This document shows positions 1 to 9,055 of a DNA stretch of 64,000 nucleotides, piece after piece. This stretch comes from a virus: positions 102,194 to 166,193 of IMG/VR virus record IMGVR_UViG_3300044695_004134. The stretch is one strand, 5' to 3'. Position 1 is the first letter of the stretch. Each line of letters starts with the position of its first letter. Below the pieces are notes generated by a model. The model was not told the DNA's origin. It made no database searches and worked only from the letters and a program-made list of their open reading frames with translations. Position numbers and translations under genes: made by a program.

Positions 1-829
1 CTGAACAAAGGTTCGATTGGTGAATCTTTAAACCCTTATCTTTCAGGAACTGTGGCATTCCACGATTAGATGTATCAATATAGTGAATGTAAGGTTCACC
101 CGTGTGCATACGTAGTTCTAGAATTTGTTGCCAGAGGTGTTTAGCGGATACAACTTCACGCACTTCACCTGAATGTGGATCCACCAGTTTCCAGTCATCA
201 TTTGCAGTTGGATCGACCATACACTTTTCAATGATTTGCATAAAATTATCGGTGATGTTAATTCCATGGTGGAGGTTCAAACAACGGACATTTGGATCAC
301 CCGTTGGCTTACGCATCTCTAAAAAGGGAATAAGGTCAGGATGACTAATATCAAGGTAGGCAGCATAAGAGCCACGGCGAGTGCGTCCTTGACGATACGC
401 AAGACTAGAGGCATCGTAAATTTTGAGGTGAGGCATAACGCCAGTAGACTTATCATCCGCCGAGCGTATCCCAAAGCCGATGCCAACACCGCCGCCAAAC
501 ATAGACAGCCAATTAGTTTCAGAAAGATTATCAACTAGACCCTCCGCAGTATCTTCAACATAGTTGAGAAAACAAGAAATAGGTAACCCACGCTTACTAC
601 GACCATAAGAAAGAATTGGAGTAGAATAACTAAGCCAATGATTAGAGGCGTAAGTATACAAACGCTGAGAATGCTCCGGATTAGAACCGAAAGATGATGA
701 TACATATGCAAACCTCTGTTGTGGTGATGTTTCATCATCACGCATGTATGATTCTTTTAATCGTTTGATACCCAATTCGTCAAACAGTTTATCTTTTTCC
801 AAATCTATTTGGATGCCCATATATTCCAT
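1..829 (-). CDS. nrdA: Ribonucleotide reductase class I alpha subunit, N-terminal part (runs off the window; no obvious ATP-cone)
   Basis: Not in the ORF track. Manual translation from ATG at 829 gives MEYMGIQIDLEKDKLFD...STPILSYGRSKRGLPISCFL...GGGVGI...RQGRTRRGSYAAYLDISHPD...LNLHHGINI, which are NrdA motifs. Confidence 0.93.
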   Translation of the reverse strand, partial: MEYMGIQIDLEKDKLFDELGIKRLKESYMRDDETSPQQRFAYVSSSFGSNPEHSQRLYTYASNHWLSYSTPILSYGRSKRGLPISCFLNYVEDTAEGLVDNLSETNWLSMFGGGVGIGFGIRSADDKSTGVMPHLKIYDASSLAYRQGRTRRGSYAAYLDISHPDLIPFLEMRKPTGDPNVRCLNLHHGINITDNFMQIIEKCMVDPTANDDWKLVDPHSGEVREVVSAKHLWQQILELRMHTGEPYIHYIDTSNRGMPQFLKDKGLKIHQSNLCS

Positions 830-833
830 AGTT

Positions 834-1193
834 TTAACCTTTTATAATTTCTTTAATATTCGGTGGTGTCCAGCCTTCGGGCTTCAATACTTTTCCATCT
901 TCACGTTTAATAACTTTTCCTGTCGAGGAGATTTTACTTAGGTTACTTCTGGCCACCTCATCCCAAACTTCTTGTTGTGGAATTTGTAACGTGTGTTCAA
1001 GACCTTCAATGACCCACTTCAAATCTGCACATGCATCAGCAATTTCAACAATGTCTCTATTAGCAAATGCGACCATCAATTCTTTGAATTCTTCAAGGAT
1101 TAAATCAACGTAGAGATTTGCTTGCGGTCCATAATTATTTTCTTTTTGGTCACATGCATCCATAAAAGTTTTTACATCATTACGGCTGTCCAT
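834..1193 (-). CDS. MazG-like/all-alpha NTP pyrophosphohydrolase
   Basis: EEFKEL...EIADACADL...EVARSNLSK...GKVLKP motifs. Confidence 0.8.
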   Translation of the reverse strand: MDSRNDVKTFMDACDQKENNYGPQANLYVDLILEEFKELMVAFANRDIVEIADACADLKWVIEGLEHTLQIPQQEVWDEVARSNLSKISSTGKVIKREDGKVLKPEGWTPPNIKEIIKG

Positions 1194-1848
1194 CGATATA
1201 CTCCTTAATCATTGGGAAAATTGGTTCAATTGCATTTGCACATGCTACTGCAACATCACGGTGTTCTTTTTGTGTTCCGTTACCTGAACGGAGTTGTATG
1301 TAGTGTACCCAGGAACGGAGAGTTCCGTTCATGTACATTCGGGATTTTGTGTTACCCTCAGGCAATACGGCACGTGCCTGTTCTTTTGCAATACCCTTAT
1401 CTAAAGCCCATTTGTAAACATCGCTTGTACGTTTCAACAAATCATTTTGCAAATTTTCCCATTGATATGCAAGCTGGCGCTGTTCATCGGCCATCAAATC
1501 CATTTCAATAGAATTTTGGCGATTCTTTGTGTCTTGCAATCTTGCTTCACGTAGTTCAAAGCCTAGGTCATCCGCACGTGCGTACCGCTGTGAAAATTCT
1601 TGAAATGCAAAGCTACGGTGACGTAGAATCTGCCTTGCAATGTCACGTGTGGTTTCAATCTCCATGCACACGGAGACCATCTCCAATGGCGACCAATGCT
1701 GGTGCTTAATCAGATAACGCACCAGCTTCTCGGCAGTGTCTGAATTGTTTTGGTTCGATGGATTAGAAACACGTGCGGCAAACGCCACCTGTTCCAAGAG
1801 ATTCATACCATCGGGACTTTGAGAATAATTAATTAATTTCACATTCAT
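1180..1848 (-). CDS. thyX: FAD-dependent thymidylate synthase
   Basis: RHRSFAFQEFSQRY (RHRx7S), HWSPLE, ARAVLP; start moved to MNVKL. Confidence 0.95.
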   Translation of the reverse strand: MNVKLINYSQSPDGMNLLEQVAFAARVSNPSNQNNSDTAEKLVRYLIKHQHWSPLEMVSVCMEIETTRDIARQILRHRSFAFQEFSQRYARADDLGFELREARLQDTKNRQNSIEMDLMADEQRQLAYQWENLQNDLLKRTSDVYKWALDKGIAKEQARAVLPEGNTKSRMYMNGTLRSWVHYIQLRSGNGTQKEHRDVAVACANAIEPIFPMIKEYIDGQP

Positions 1849-2867
1849 ACTTTTTTCCATTGAATAAATTCCATCTTTGCTCTCAGATTCACAAAGGTGT
1901 TTTTGTTAATGATATCAACGATTTCATCACTGGTAAAACCAGACAGAATCATATCGTTAATGTCCTTTTCTTGCATCATCTCCGGCCAAATACAAATTGC
2001 AAAGTGATTTTCAATTGCTTTGTCCATTAATTTGCATATATCTTTGTTTCTAGGTTCATTATCGAAAACTAGAACCAACTTCTCTCTTGGTATATAATTG
2101 ACCGCATTTGCTAAGTTAGCATCAGCAGTAGCAACGGCATTAGGAAGAAAAAGTGAATCTATTGGACCTTCTGTAACGTAAACTTTTTCCTCTTTGTTTA
2201 CTCTGTCGAGGCCAAATATTTTTATACTTTCTTCGGCTAATTTAATTGTGATGTAGCGTATCTTCGAATCACGGAGTGAACGACCTTGCACGGCCAATAA
2301 AGTACCGTCAATATCGTAAAATGGGATAATAAGTCTTGGATCATCTTCTTTCAAATCTTTATCGTGGTCTGGAAGTAACTCATCGATAAAGGTTTTGAAG
2401 TCATGTGCATAATATAGTGTATTATATGTATCCTCTGGAATTTTTCGTCCTATGCAATACTTTGCGGCATAGTGATCCATTGGAAGGTCAATAATCTTTG
2501 GTAAATTGATTTCTTTCCGTTTTCTGAACACTGGTGTTTCAAACTTCAATTCCTGCTTTTCAGGCTTTGGATAGTTTTGATTTCCAGTTTCACCGTTCGT
2601 ATAACGTTCCATGGAATATTCTTTTACCATGTTTGCATCAAGTAGATTGATGAAGTTGTACATGGTATGACCAACACCGCAATTCTGACACTTATAAAAG
2701 TAGTCATTCTTTTTGCGGTAAACATAACCACGTGCTTTGTGTAGGTGTTTCTGTGAGTCGCCACAGAACGGGCACCGGAAATTAAACAGGTCTTCTTTTT
2801 TCTGAGTGAACCGGTTTAATTTCGGCGAGAGAAGTTTGAGATATTTTCGGTCAATAAAAACGGACAT
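1845..2867 (-). CDS. 61: T4 gp61-like DNA primase
   Basis: Zn ribbon CPFCGD...CQNCG; TOPRIM EGPIDS, FDNEPRN, KDIND. Confidence 0.95.
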   Translation of the reverse strand: MSVFIDRKYLKLLSPKLNRFTQKKEDLFNFRCPFCGDSQKHLHKARGYVYRKKNDYFYKCQNCGVGHTMYNFINLLDANMVKEYSMERYTNGETGNQNYPKPEKQELKFETPVFRKRKEINLPKIIDLPMDHYAAKYCIGRKIPEDTYNTLYYAHDFKTFIDELLPDHDKDLKEDDPRLIIPFYDIDGTLLAVQGRSLRDSKIRYITIKLAEESIKIFGLDRVNKEEKVYVTEGPIDSLFLPNAVATADANLANAVNYIPREKLVLVFDNEPRNKDICKLMDKAIENHFAICIWPEMMQEKDINDMILSGFTSDEIVDIINKNTFVNLRAKMEFIQWKKV

Positions 2868-2896
2868 AACAACGCATCATAATGTAAGGTTCTGTC

Positions 2897-2925
2897 ATTA
2901 TAGCACATTTTTACCTGGAGTGCAA
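2897..2925 (-). promoter_or_regulatory. Sigma70-type promoter upstream of primase
   Basis: TTGCAC-17-TATAAT with extended -10 TG. Confidence 0.65.
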
Positions 2926-2945
2926 GACCAGTTGTGGTAATTATT

Positions 2946-3248
2946 TCAAAAAAGTGAAAGAAGTTTTTCCGAATGTCCTGCAATCCAGCCACCAACAGCA
3001 AGGCCACCGGCAATCATCCAAGTCCATTTGTCTTTTAATTTCTTAAGTTCGGAAAGGTCCTTGGCCAAAGCGGCATGTTGTTCACAAGAAGCACTATACA
3101 TCTTTTCAAGTTCACCTTTTAGGTCATCACGGGTTTTGTCGAGACAATCGTGCATGTCTTTGACATCCACTTTAAGTACATCAATTTTTTCATTGATGTT
3201 TTCTACCTTGGTCTCAACAATACTAAGCCTTTCTGTTGTAGTTGCCAT
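2946..3248 (-). CDS. Coiled-coil protein with C-terminal TM helix (XhlA/holin-like)
   Basis: ERLSIVETKVE coiled coil, C-terminal WMIAGGLAVGGWI; lysis context. Confidence 0.5.
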   Translation of the reverse strand: MATTTERLSIVETKVENINEKIDVLKVDVKDMHDCLDKTRDDLKGELEKMYSASCEQHAALAKDLSELKKLKDKWTWMIAGGLAVGGWIAGHSEKLLSLF

Positions 3249-3251
3249 GAT

Positions 3252-3452
3252 TTACTTCTTTTCTGGAACCTTGGTACCTTCAAGTTTCTTATGAACTTTG
3301 ATGGTCTTGCATTCTTGTTGTGGCTTACCTGCTTTATCTAGAACAGGTTTTCCATCTTTGGTCATTTTATCGATGCAAACTTTTTCGGTTTCAGCACCAA
3401 AAGAAAGTGTTGTTGCCAATGTAAGTGAAAGTAACGCTATGAACTTTTTCAT
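3252..3452 (-). CDS. Small exported protein with two Cys
   Basis: Signal peptide MKKFIALLSLTLATTLSFG, upstream AGGAG. Confidence 0.6.
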   Translation of the reverse strand: MKKFIALLSLTLATTLSFGAETEKVCIDKMTKDGKPVLDKAGKPQQECKTIKVHKKLEGTKVPEKK

Positions 3453-3468
3453 TTTAAACTCCTAAAAA

Positions 3469-3693
3469 TTAATATTTTTTGTGACTTGCAAATTTCTCTG
3501 ATGCAGTAAAACCTAAACCTGCCACAACAATATACATCATACTATCGAAAAGTGCCGAATCGACAGTCTTTCCGAAAAACACATTACCAATAAAAGCGGC
3601 AGAACACATAATAAAAGCGAGTAAGGTTATAACTCTCTTGGAACTCCAAGATTCATTATGACCATCACTCAACATACTTCTTAAGAAAGTCAT
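3469..3693 (-). CDS. Two-TM membrane protein, candidate holin
   Basis: SSKRV followed by two hydrophobic helices; lysis context. Confidence 0.5.
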   Translation of the reverse strand: MTFLRSMLSDGHNESWSSKRVITLLAFIMCSAAFIGNVFFGKTVDSALFDSMMYIVVAGLGFTASEKFASHKKY

Positions 3694-4205
3694 AGTTCAG
3701 GTTGTGGTGCTGGAGGTGGTGCTAGTTTTCCACCGAAACCCATCATAACACCTGATGTTGCAACTGGCGCAGGTGTCATGTACCCACCATTTGCACCCAT
3801 AGATGAAAATGCTGGTTCAACTTTTGAACCCATTGCACCCATTGATGGGAAAGATGAAGATTGTGAAACGGCTGGTGTTTGTGCAACCGTTGCTTTAGCG
3901 GCTTGAACTTGATTCTCGCTTGCTTGTTTCATCAATGCCATTTTGGCTTCAGTTTCTTCTTTTGAGCCACCAGCTAACATGATACCCGATAGTGTACCAG
4001 TTAAGAATGTGGCGATAGGCACAATCAACTCAAAAAACTTTTGGTCGATTGGAGAGATTGCATTGAGTGGTTGTGTAACAAATATTAAAGAATAAAGAAC
4101 AACAAAAACAATACCTGTCAATGTTAGAGATAAGCATACACCAATGAAGAACTTCAGTCGAGCCATCAACTGTTCTTCTGTGTACATTAAGTTATTATTT
4201 TCCAC
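3690..4205 (-). CDS. Two-TM membrane protein with low-complexity C-terminal tail
   Basis: Hydrophobic segments FFIGVCLSLTLTGIVFVVLY and LIVPIATFLTGTLSGIML; start approximate. Confidence 0.55.
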   Translation of the reverse strand: MENNNLMYTEEQLMARLKFFIGVCLSLTLTGIVFVVLYSLIFVTQPLNAISPIDQKFFELIVPIATFLTGTLSGIMLAGGSKEETEAKMALMKQASENQVQAAKATVAQTPAVSQSSSFPSMGAMGSKVEPAFSSMGANGGYMTPAPVATSGVMMGFGGKLAPPPAPQPEL

Positions 4206-4497
4206 AATTTGCTCCTTGTTGTACTGGTTGGCAACTTGGTGTTGCCGCATTTAATTGTTGTTTTGCCAATATATTTTGTGGTTCTTCTGGAGGACCTAAT
4301 CTAGGATCACGTTGACCTTTGAACACGTGTTCAATGCAAGTTCGTGTTACATCACATGTTGGTTTTTGACAAATCTTTTTATCCCAATTTTCTGGGTCTT
4401 GACATGGATAACGGAATCTATCACCACCAAAAATAGCTAGTGCAAGTGGTAGTACAACAAGAAGTGCTAACCATTTAAACATTTTCTTGTCGTTCAT
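4195..4497 (-). CDS. Membrane-anchored Cys-rich protein
   Basis: N-terminal TM, RYPCQDPENW...CQKPTCDVTRTC. Confidence 0.55.
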   Translation of the reverse strand: MNDKKMFKWLALLVVLPLALAIFGGDRFRYPCQDPENWDKKICQKPTCDVTRTCIEHVFKGQRDPRLGPPEEPQNILAKQQLNAATPSCQPVQQGANCGK

Positions 4498-4498
4498 A

Positions 4499-5122
4499 TT
4501 ATGCTCCTAATACATGTAGAGCATGTTCATAGTGTTTGATGCGGTCTTCTAAACCAATCGTTCCGCCATTGATACGCTTCGTGAGTGTAACGATATCACC
4601 TTTGTCTGCCCATTGATTCAGGTTGTTTGTTTCCCAGAACCAACAGGCCGATTGTGCGGCGCCTTCAAATGTAGCAAGATATTCTGAGGCTTCATCTGGA
4701 GATATATGTAGTGATGCGGCAAACCAAGTATAGTTCTGTTTACCGGTTAACTGAATGAGTCCACGACCACAGTATTTGTAGCCGTCACCTGATGCTTCGT
4801 CTCCGTTACCCATACGGCTTGCATAAACACGATTTGCGATAGCTTCTTGCTTATTTGGACGTGAGCAATATTCGTTAGCGATTGCATCATCGGGAAAATA
4901 CTTAGGAAAAATCTTACGTAGCGTAGCTGGCTTATAATTTAGATTTTCTTTGAGTGCAGTGAAACCACCAGATTCGTGGGCACACTGTGCAATGAATGCG
5001 GCTATACGCTGTGGTGTATTGATTTCATAATCTGGCAATAATTGTGCCAAAGCGCCATGCCAATGTTCAACATATGGATTTTTTGGAAGTAGTTGTTTTA
5101 ATTGTTGTAATGTTAGTTCCAT
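4499..5122 (-). CDS. Endolysin, glycoside hydrolase family 19
   Basis: FIAQCAHESGG, GRGLIQLTG, TKRINGGTIGLEDR. Confidence 0.93.
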   Translation of the reverse strand: MELTLQQLKQLLPKNPYVEHWHGALAQLLPDYEINTPQRIAAFIAQCAHESGGFTALKENLNYKPATLRKIFPKYFPDDAIANEYCSRPNKQEAIANRVYASRMGNGDEASGDGYKYCGRGLIQLTGKQNYTWFAASLHISPDEASEYLATFEGAAQSACWFWETNNLNQWADKGDIVTLTKRINGGTIGLEDRIKHYEHALHVLGA

Positions 5123-5385
5123 TATTTTAATCCTTCAAAAATGTTCTTTTGTATTTGATACCATTCAATCCATGCATCATTTTTCACAGCACATGTATAA
5201 TATTCAGTATAATTCGTGGTGATAGTTTTTGAAATGTCACTTAGTTTCGCTTCATCATTAACTTTATTTAATTGTGGACATTTTACTAATAAATGCTGAG
5301 GTACTTCAGGAAACTTTGCAACAACTGGAACTGTGGTGGAACAACCAGTGAGTAGTGCAACAAATAAAATGGTTAGATATTTCAT
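5122..5385 (-). CDS. Outer-membrane spanin (Rz1-like lipoprotein)
   Basis: Lipobox LLTGC, Pro-rich segment, adjacent to endolysin. Confidence 0.75.
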   Translation of the reverse strand: MKYLTILFVALLTGCSTTVPVVAKFPEVPQHLLVKCPQLNKVNDEAKLSDISKTITTNYTEYYTCAVKNDAWIEWYQIQKNIFEGLK

Positions 5386-5834
5386 TTTGGTGCCTCTGCC
5401 GCTTTGTTGTGCATCTGTATAAATTCTTTTGGAATTTCACACTCACCACCAGGTAAAAACTTTGTGTCGTATTTGACTATTTCTTTATCGACATATTTGA
5501 TAATATCTTGGCCACGTTCTTTGACAATTTGTGTCTTTGTCACGACCTTTGTTTCTATCTTTACATTTTCTTTCACGGATTCAACTTCAGCCGCTTGAAT
5601 CTTTGCTTCAAGTTCTTTAACCTTGGCTAACCACGCTTCCTCATTTGAAATGGCACCGGACATGTATGTACCCAACACTATGAGTATGATTGAACCAATT
5701 TGTATGGGTGTTTTATAAATGTAAATTGCTGGAAGTGGAATGAATCTGAGTAAGTAGGTTACAGCAAGGCCAACAAGACCTATAGCAAGTATGGCATAAA
5801 AAAACCAGAAAGGTAACCACTTAAGTATCCACAT
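5382..5834 (-). CDS. Inner-membrane spanin (Rz-like)
   Basis: N-terminal TMs, coiled coil, C-terminal Cys; directly upstream of the lipoprotein. Confidence 0.7.
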   Translation of the reverse strand: MWILKWLPFWFFYAILAIGLVGLAVTYLLRFIPLPAIYIYKTPIQIGSIILIVLGTYMSGAISNEEAWLAKVKELEAKIQAAEVESVKENVKIETKVVTKTQIVKERGQDIIKYVDKEIVKYDTKFLPGGECEIPKEFIQMHNKAAEAPK

Positions 5835-5835
5835 T

Positions 5836-6024
5836 TTACATCTTTGGAGTCTTACGTGTAAATGTTGGTGCCATCACGACACGCCTTTTCTTTTTCAAAT
5901 TCACACCAGGTTCTCCACCTTTTTCACCCGTGCCGGCGATGGCGCCCGTGGAGACTACATTGGACGGTCCAGTAGATCCACCAACGGCACCGTCCTCCAA
6001 CATGAATTGCTTGAATGTTTTCAT
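5836..6024 (-). CDS. Small protein with capsid-targeting-like N-terminus
   Basis: MKTFKQFMLE resembles the T4 internal-protein CTS MKTYQEFIAE. Confidence 0.6.
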   Translation of the reverse strand: MKTFKQFMLEDGAVGGSTGPSNVVSTGAIAGTGEKGGEPGVNLKKKRRVVMAPTFTRKTPKM

Positions 6025-6407
6025 ATCTTTCTTAGTATCTCAGCCACATTCATATCGATAAGTATATCGGAAGAAATTATATCTTTTCCGTTTATACCTT
6101 TGATTGAATCTGGCATATAATTTAGATAAATTAAAAATGTTTTTAGAACATCATAATCAACTTCATCAATTCTAAAAAACAATATCCTTGTTGCTGGTTC
6201 TGCACCAAATACATTATAAAGCAAAATCAAATGATTTAATATTAAACGTTCTTTAAGAGACTTTGTGATTTTGTAACGCCTGAAAAGTCTTTTTAGATAT
6301 TTCGTGCGTTTCAAATCTCCCTCAAATTCACTCATGACATAATGTGGTGAATTATATGCCTTCATGGCATACATCATAAAATTGTCTTCTGTCAAATCAT
6401 CGATCAT
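6021..6407 (-). CDS. Conserved hypothetical protein of T4-like phages
   Basis: LTEDNFMMYAMKAY...ERLILNHLI pattern; start moved to MIDDL. Confidence 0.6.
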   Translation of the reverse strand: MIDDLTEDNFMMYAMKAYNSPHYVMSEFEGDLKRTKYLKRLFRRYKITKSLKERLILNHLILLYNVFGAEPATRILFFRIDEVDYDVLKTFLIYLNYMPDSIKGINGKDIISSDILIDMNVAEILRKI

Positions 6408-6440
6408 AATGATAAATGGGTGACTTACGCCACCCAAATA

Positions 6441-6989
6441 TTAAATAATAACTGCGCCGTTGCCAGTCATACTGCCTGCCGCAACCAATGTTTCATATTG
6501 TGTGCGATTAGCACGACCACCCATTGTTACTGTGAATGCGGCATTTCCGGAAACAGGAACTGCTGTAGGTGTAGTCAGGTATAGACCACCAGTGTTAATA
6601 GTGATAGATAGTACTGCACCATTCTGTGCAACAGCGACTGTTGCATTAGCGGCTGTGTTACCTGTACCACCATCAGAGAATGTTACGAAACTGTTTGTTC
6701 CAAAAGCGCCTGCGTTTGCACTGATAGAAAGAACAGGACCCATACCAGCGGTTCTTTGAACCCAACCAGCATGTGCCATTTTCGTTGCGGCAGGTGTTAC
6801 TTGTGTGTTTGATGCTTCTTCAGTATCGACACCATAAACACCGACTGCCACAGAAAATGCTTGTGCTACGTTAGCATTAGCAAAAATTACGTTAGCATTT
6901 GCACGTGTTGGTGCTAAGTTTAAAGCGGTGCCTGCATAAATTGGTACGCCGGTGTTTGCATCGGTCATTGTCCAGAAAGCTGTTGACAT
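6441..6989 (-). CDS. Probable virion structural protein
   Basis: Ala/Gly/Thr/Asn-rich beta-type sequence, HAGWV...ETLVA motif, late-promoter-like TAAATA upstream. Confidence 0.55.
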   Translation of the reverse strand: MSTAFWTMTDANTGVPIYAGTALNLAPTRANANVIFANANVAQAFSVAVGVYGVDTEEASNTQVTPAATKMAHAGWVQRTAGMGPVLSISANAGAFGTNSFVTFSDGGTGNTAANATVAVAQNGAVLSITINTGGLYLTTPTAVPVSGNAAFTVTMGGRANRTQYETLVAAGSMTGNGAVII

Positions 6990-7024
6990 TTTTAATTTCT
7001 CCTTGAAAGAATTCTATTTACTAT

Positions 7025-9052
7025 TTATTGTTTCTGTGAATTGGGTCTGGTCTTAAGAACAGGCTCGATTTCAACGGTGTCACGTGGCTTTCCTGTCATA
7101 GTAGTGCCACCCTGTAATGTAATTTTGGCTGTGGGTAATTTACCACCCTTATCAGTTTTTTCCCAATCATACATGCTTTCATTTTTACCCTTCTTTTTAT
7201 AGATGGATTTAATGATGCGTGCAGATTTCATGTTCTTTTTACGGTGTTCCGATTCCATAGCCTTGACGGAATTTGTAGCTGACATTGGTGAATCTTCGAT
7301 GCCACCAATACCCTCTTGCACAACGTCTTCTTTGACAGACTTCCAACCACCACCTTTTGACTTATACCATTTAGATGCCCAACCGTTTGCATATGCAGAA
7401 GGATAAACATCAAACTTGGAACGTGCCATTGATTTTGCTCTCGACCAAAGTGCTGGATTCGTTGGACTATTTTTTTCGTCCATTTGTTCAGCTTCTTCAT
7501 TTTTTGGAACACAATCGGGTACCATTTTTCCACCCTTCATTTTCATTCCAACTTTTTTGTGAGTGTCCCAACATGCTTCATCAACTTCTTCTTCACTGAG
7601 TTTACCCTTGCCGTAATTTGAAACATTAACGGGTTTACCGCCCTTGCCTGCTCTGTCTGCAACTGGATCATGTCTTCTCTTTGTTGCAACAGCGGCCGCA
7701 CGTTCACTCTTACTGAGTTCAGAGCGTTTTTCTTTTGACATGCATTTTGGTTTTGGTTCACCTGGTTCTCTGGCGCACGGACCTGCTACCTCACCTTTTG
7801 AATTGATTCTTTTCCAATCACCTTCTGGATCAGTCTTGCTGAACCACTTACGCAAGTCTTCACGTGTGATGTGACTATCAAGTTCTCCATTGTCGTTTTG
7901 ATTTTTCAGTTCGTTGATTTTTTTAGCATCATTATCAAACTGTTTTCTAGTAGCTTTCATTATACCAGAAAAGCGTTTGTTACCTTTTGCAACATCACCA
8001 GCTTTATCAGCGGCAGATGCTTGAGCACCAGCGGCTTTCTTGTAACGACCAAGAAGGTCGGAAGAAAGTTCCTCGATATGTTCAACTTCTTCTGAATGAT
8101 ATTGTTTTTGAATCTGATTACCATATGCGCTGATATCCAACTTCTTAGGAGTTTTGTCGGCATATGTACCCAAACGTTTGTCCGCATCGGCACGGTTGAT
8201 ACCCTTAGAACGCTTATTGGCTGTCGCATGATATTCTTTACTGCCAATTTCACCGGCATGACGAGCCACTGCATTTGCGCCGAGTGATTTGTGTGCGGCA
8301 GTTTTGTAACTTTGAAGTGTAGTTGGTTTCAATTCATCAATACGTTCAATTTCCTCTTTGATTGCAACAATTTTATTGTACATGTCCATAGACAATGCAC
8401 CTTCACCACGCATGTTGATTAGATTCTCTACAACTTTGTGTAGGTCCATATCAGTCTTTGCATCTTCACGTGCATACTCCAGAACACGAATTAACAATGG
8501 AATGTCCATTGTTACGGTATCTTTTTCATCAACCGCTTCTTTCACTGCTTTCTTTTCTTCATTCCAATCATCACCACGCTCACCCATACCCGAGGTTTCT
8601 TTCATGTGGCGCATCTTGAAAATTCTGAATTCTGAAGAACGTGAGTATGCTTTCTTTTGATTTCCGTCCATAGACAAAGGATTCAAACCCTTTGACTTAA
8701 TGAAAGACATTAGAAGACCTGTGCCTGCTTCATCGAGTTGTTCAGTTTCTTCTGTTTTCAGATTTTGCTTATCACGGTCAAAAGTATGACCGGTTTTGTA
8801 ACGCTTGAATGCATTTGAACGTGCATATGAAGAACGCTGTGCAAACGTCATAAACTCTGGATTGAATCCAAGTGAACGGATGTACTTCATCAAAAGGCCG
8901 TCCTCATTTAGGGCTTCCTCTTTGACGGGTTGTGCATATTTTGCAGACCAAGGCTCCATTGGATCCTCGTATGGTGAATCGCCAAGTTTGCCCATAACAG
9001 ACTCTTTCTTGGCCTTCAACATATCCTTGACTAATTTACCAGCTTTGCTCAT
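7025..9052 (-). CDS. Modular internal head polyprotein-like protein
   Basis: Small basic domains separated by acidic (L/I/V)xE linkers; internal repeats. Confidence 0.6.
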   Translation of the reverse strand: MSKAGKLVKDMLKAKKESVMGKLGDSPYEDPMEPWSAKYAQPVKEEALNEDGLLMKYIRSLGFNPEFMTFAQRSSYARSNAFKRYKTGHTFDRDKQNLKTEETEQLDEAGTGLLMSFIKSKGLNPLSMDGNQKKAYSRSSEFRIFKMRHMKETSGMGERGDDWNEEKKAVKEAVDEKDTVTMDIPLLIRVLEYAREDAKTDMDLHKVVENLINMRGEGALSMDMYNKIVAIKEEIERIDELKPTTLQSYKTAAHKSLGANAVARHAGEIGSKEYHATANKRSKGINRADADKRLGTYADKTPKKLDISAYGNQIQKQYHSEEVEHIEELSSDLLGRYKKAAGAQASAADKAGDVAKGNKRFSGIMKATRKQFDNDAKKINELKNQNDNGELDSHITREDLRKWFSKTDPEGDWKRINSKGEVAGPCAREPGEPKPKCMSKEKRSELSKSERAAAVATKRRHDPVADRAGKGGKPVNVSNYGKGKLSEEEVDEACWDTHKKVGMKMKGGKMVPDCVPKNEEAEQMDEKNSPTNPALWSRAKSMARSKFDVYPSAYANGWASKWYKSKGGGWKSVKEDVVQEGIGGIEDSPMSATNSVKAMESEHRKKNMKSARIIKSIYKKKGKNESMYDWEKTDKGGKLPTAKITLQGGTTMTGKPRDTVEIEPVLKTRPNSQKQ

Positions 9053-9055
9053 TGC

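Noticed and set aside
102-941. Short ORFs 102-344, 319-534, 341-538, 535-741 and 744-941
   Set aside because: They are shadow frames of nrdA (1-829, minus) and the MazG-like gene. The nrdA frame is open throughout, with no intron or frameshift seen.
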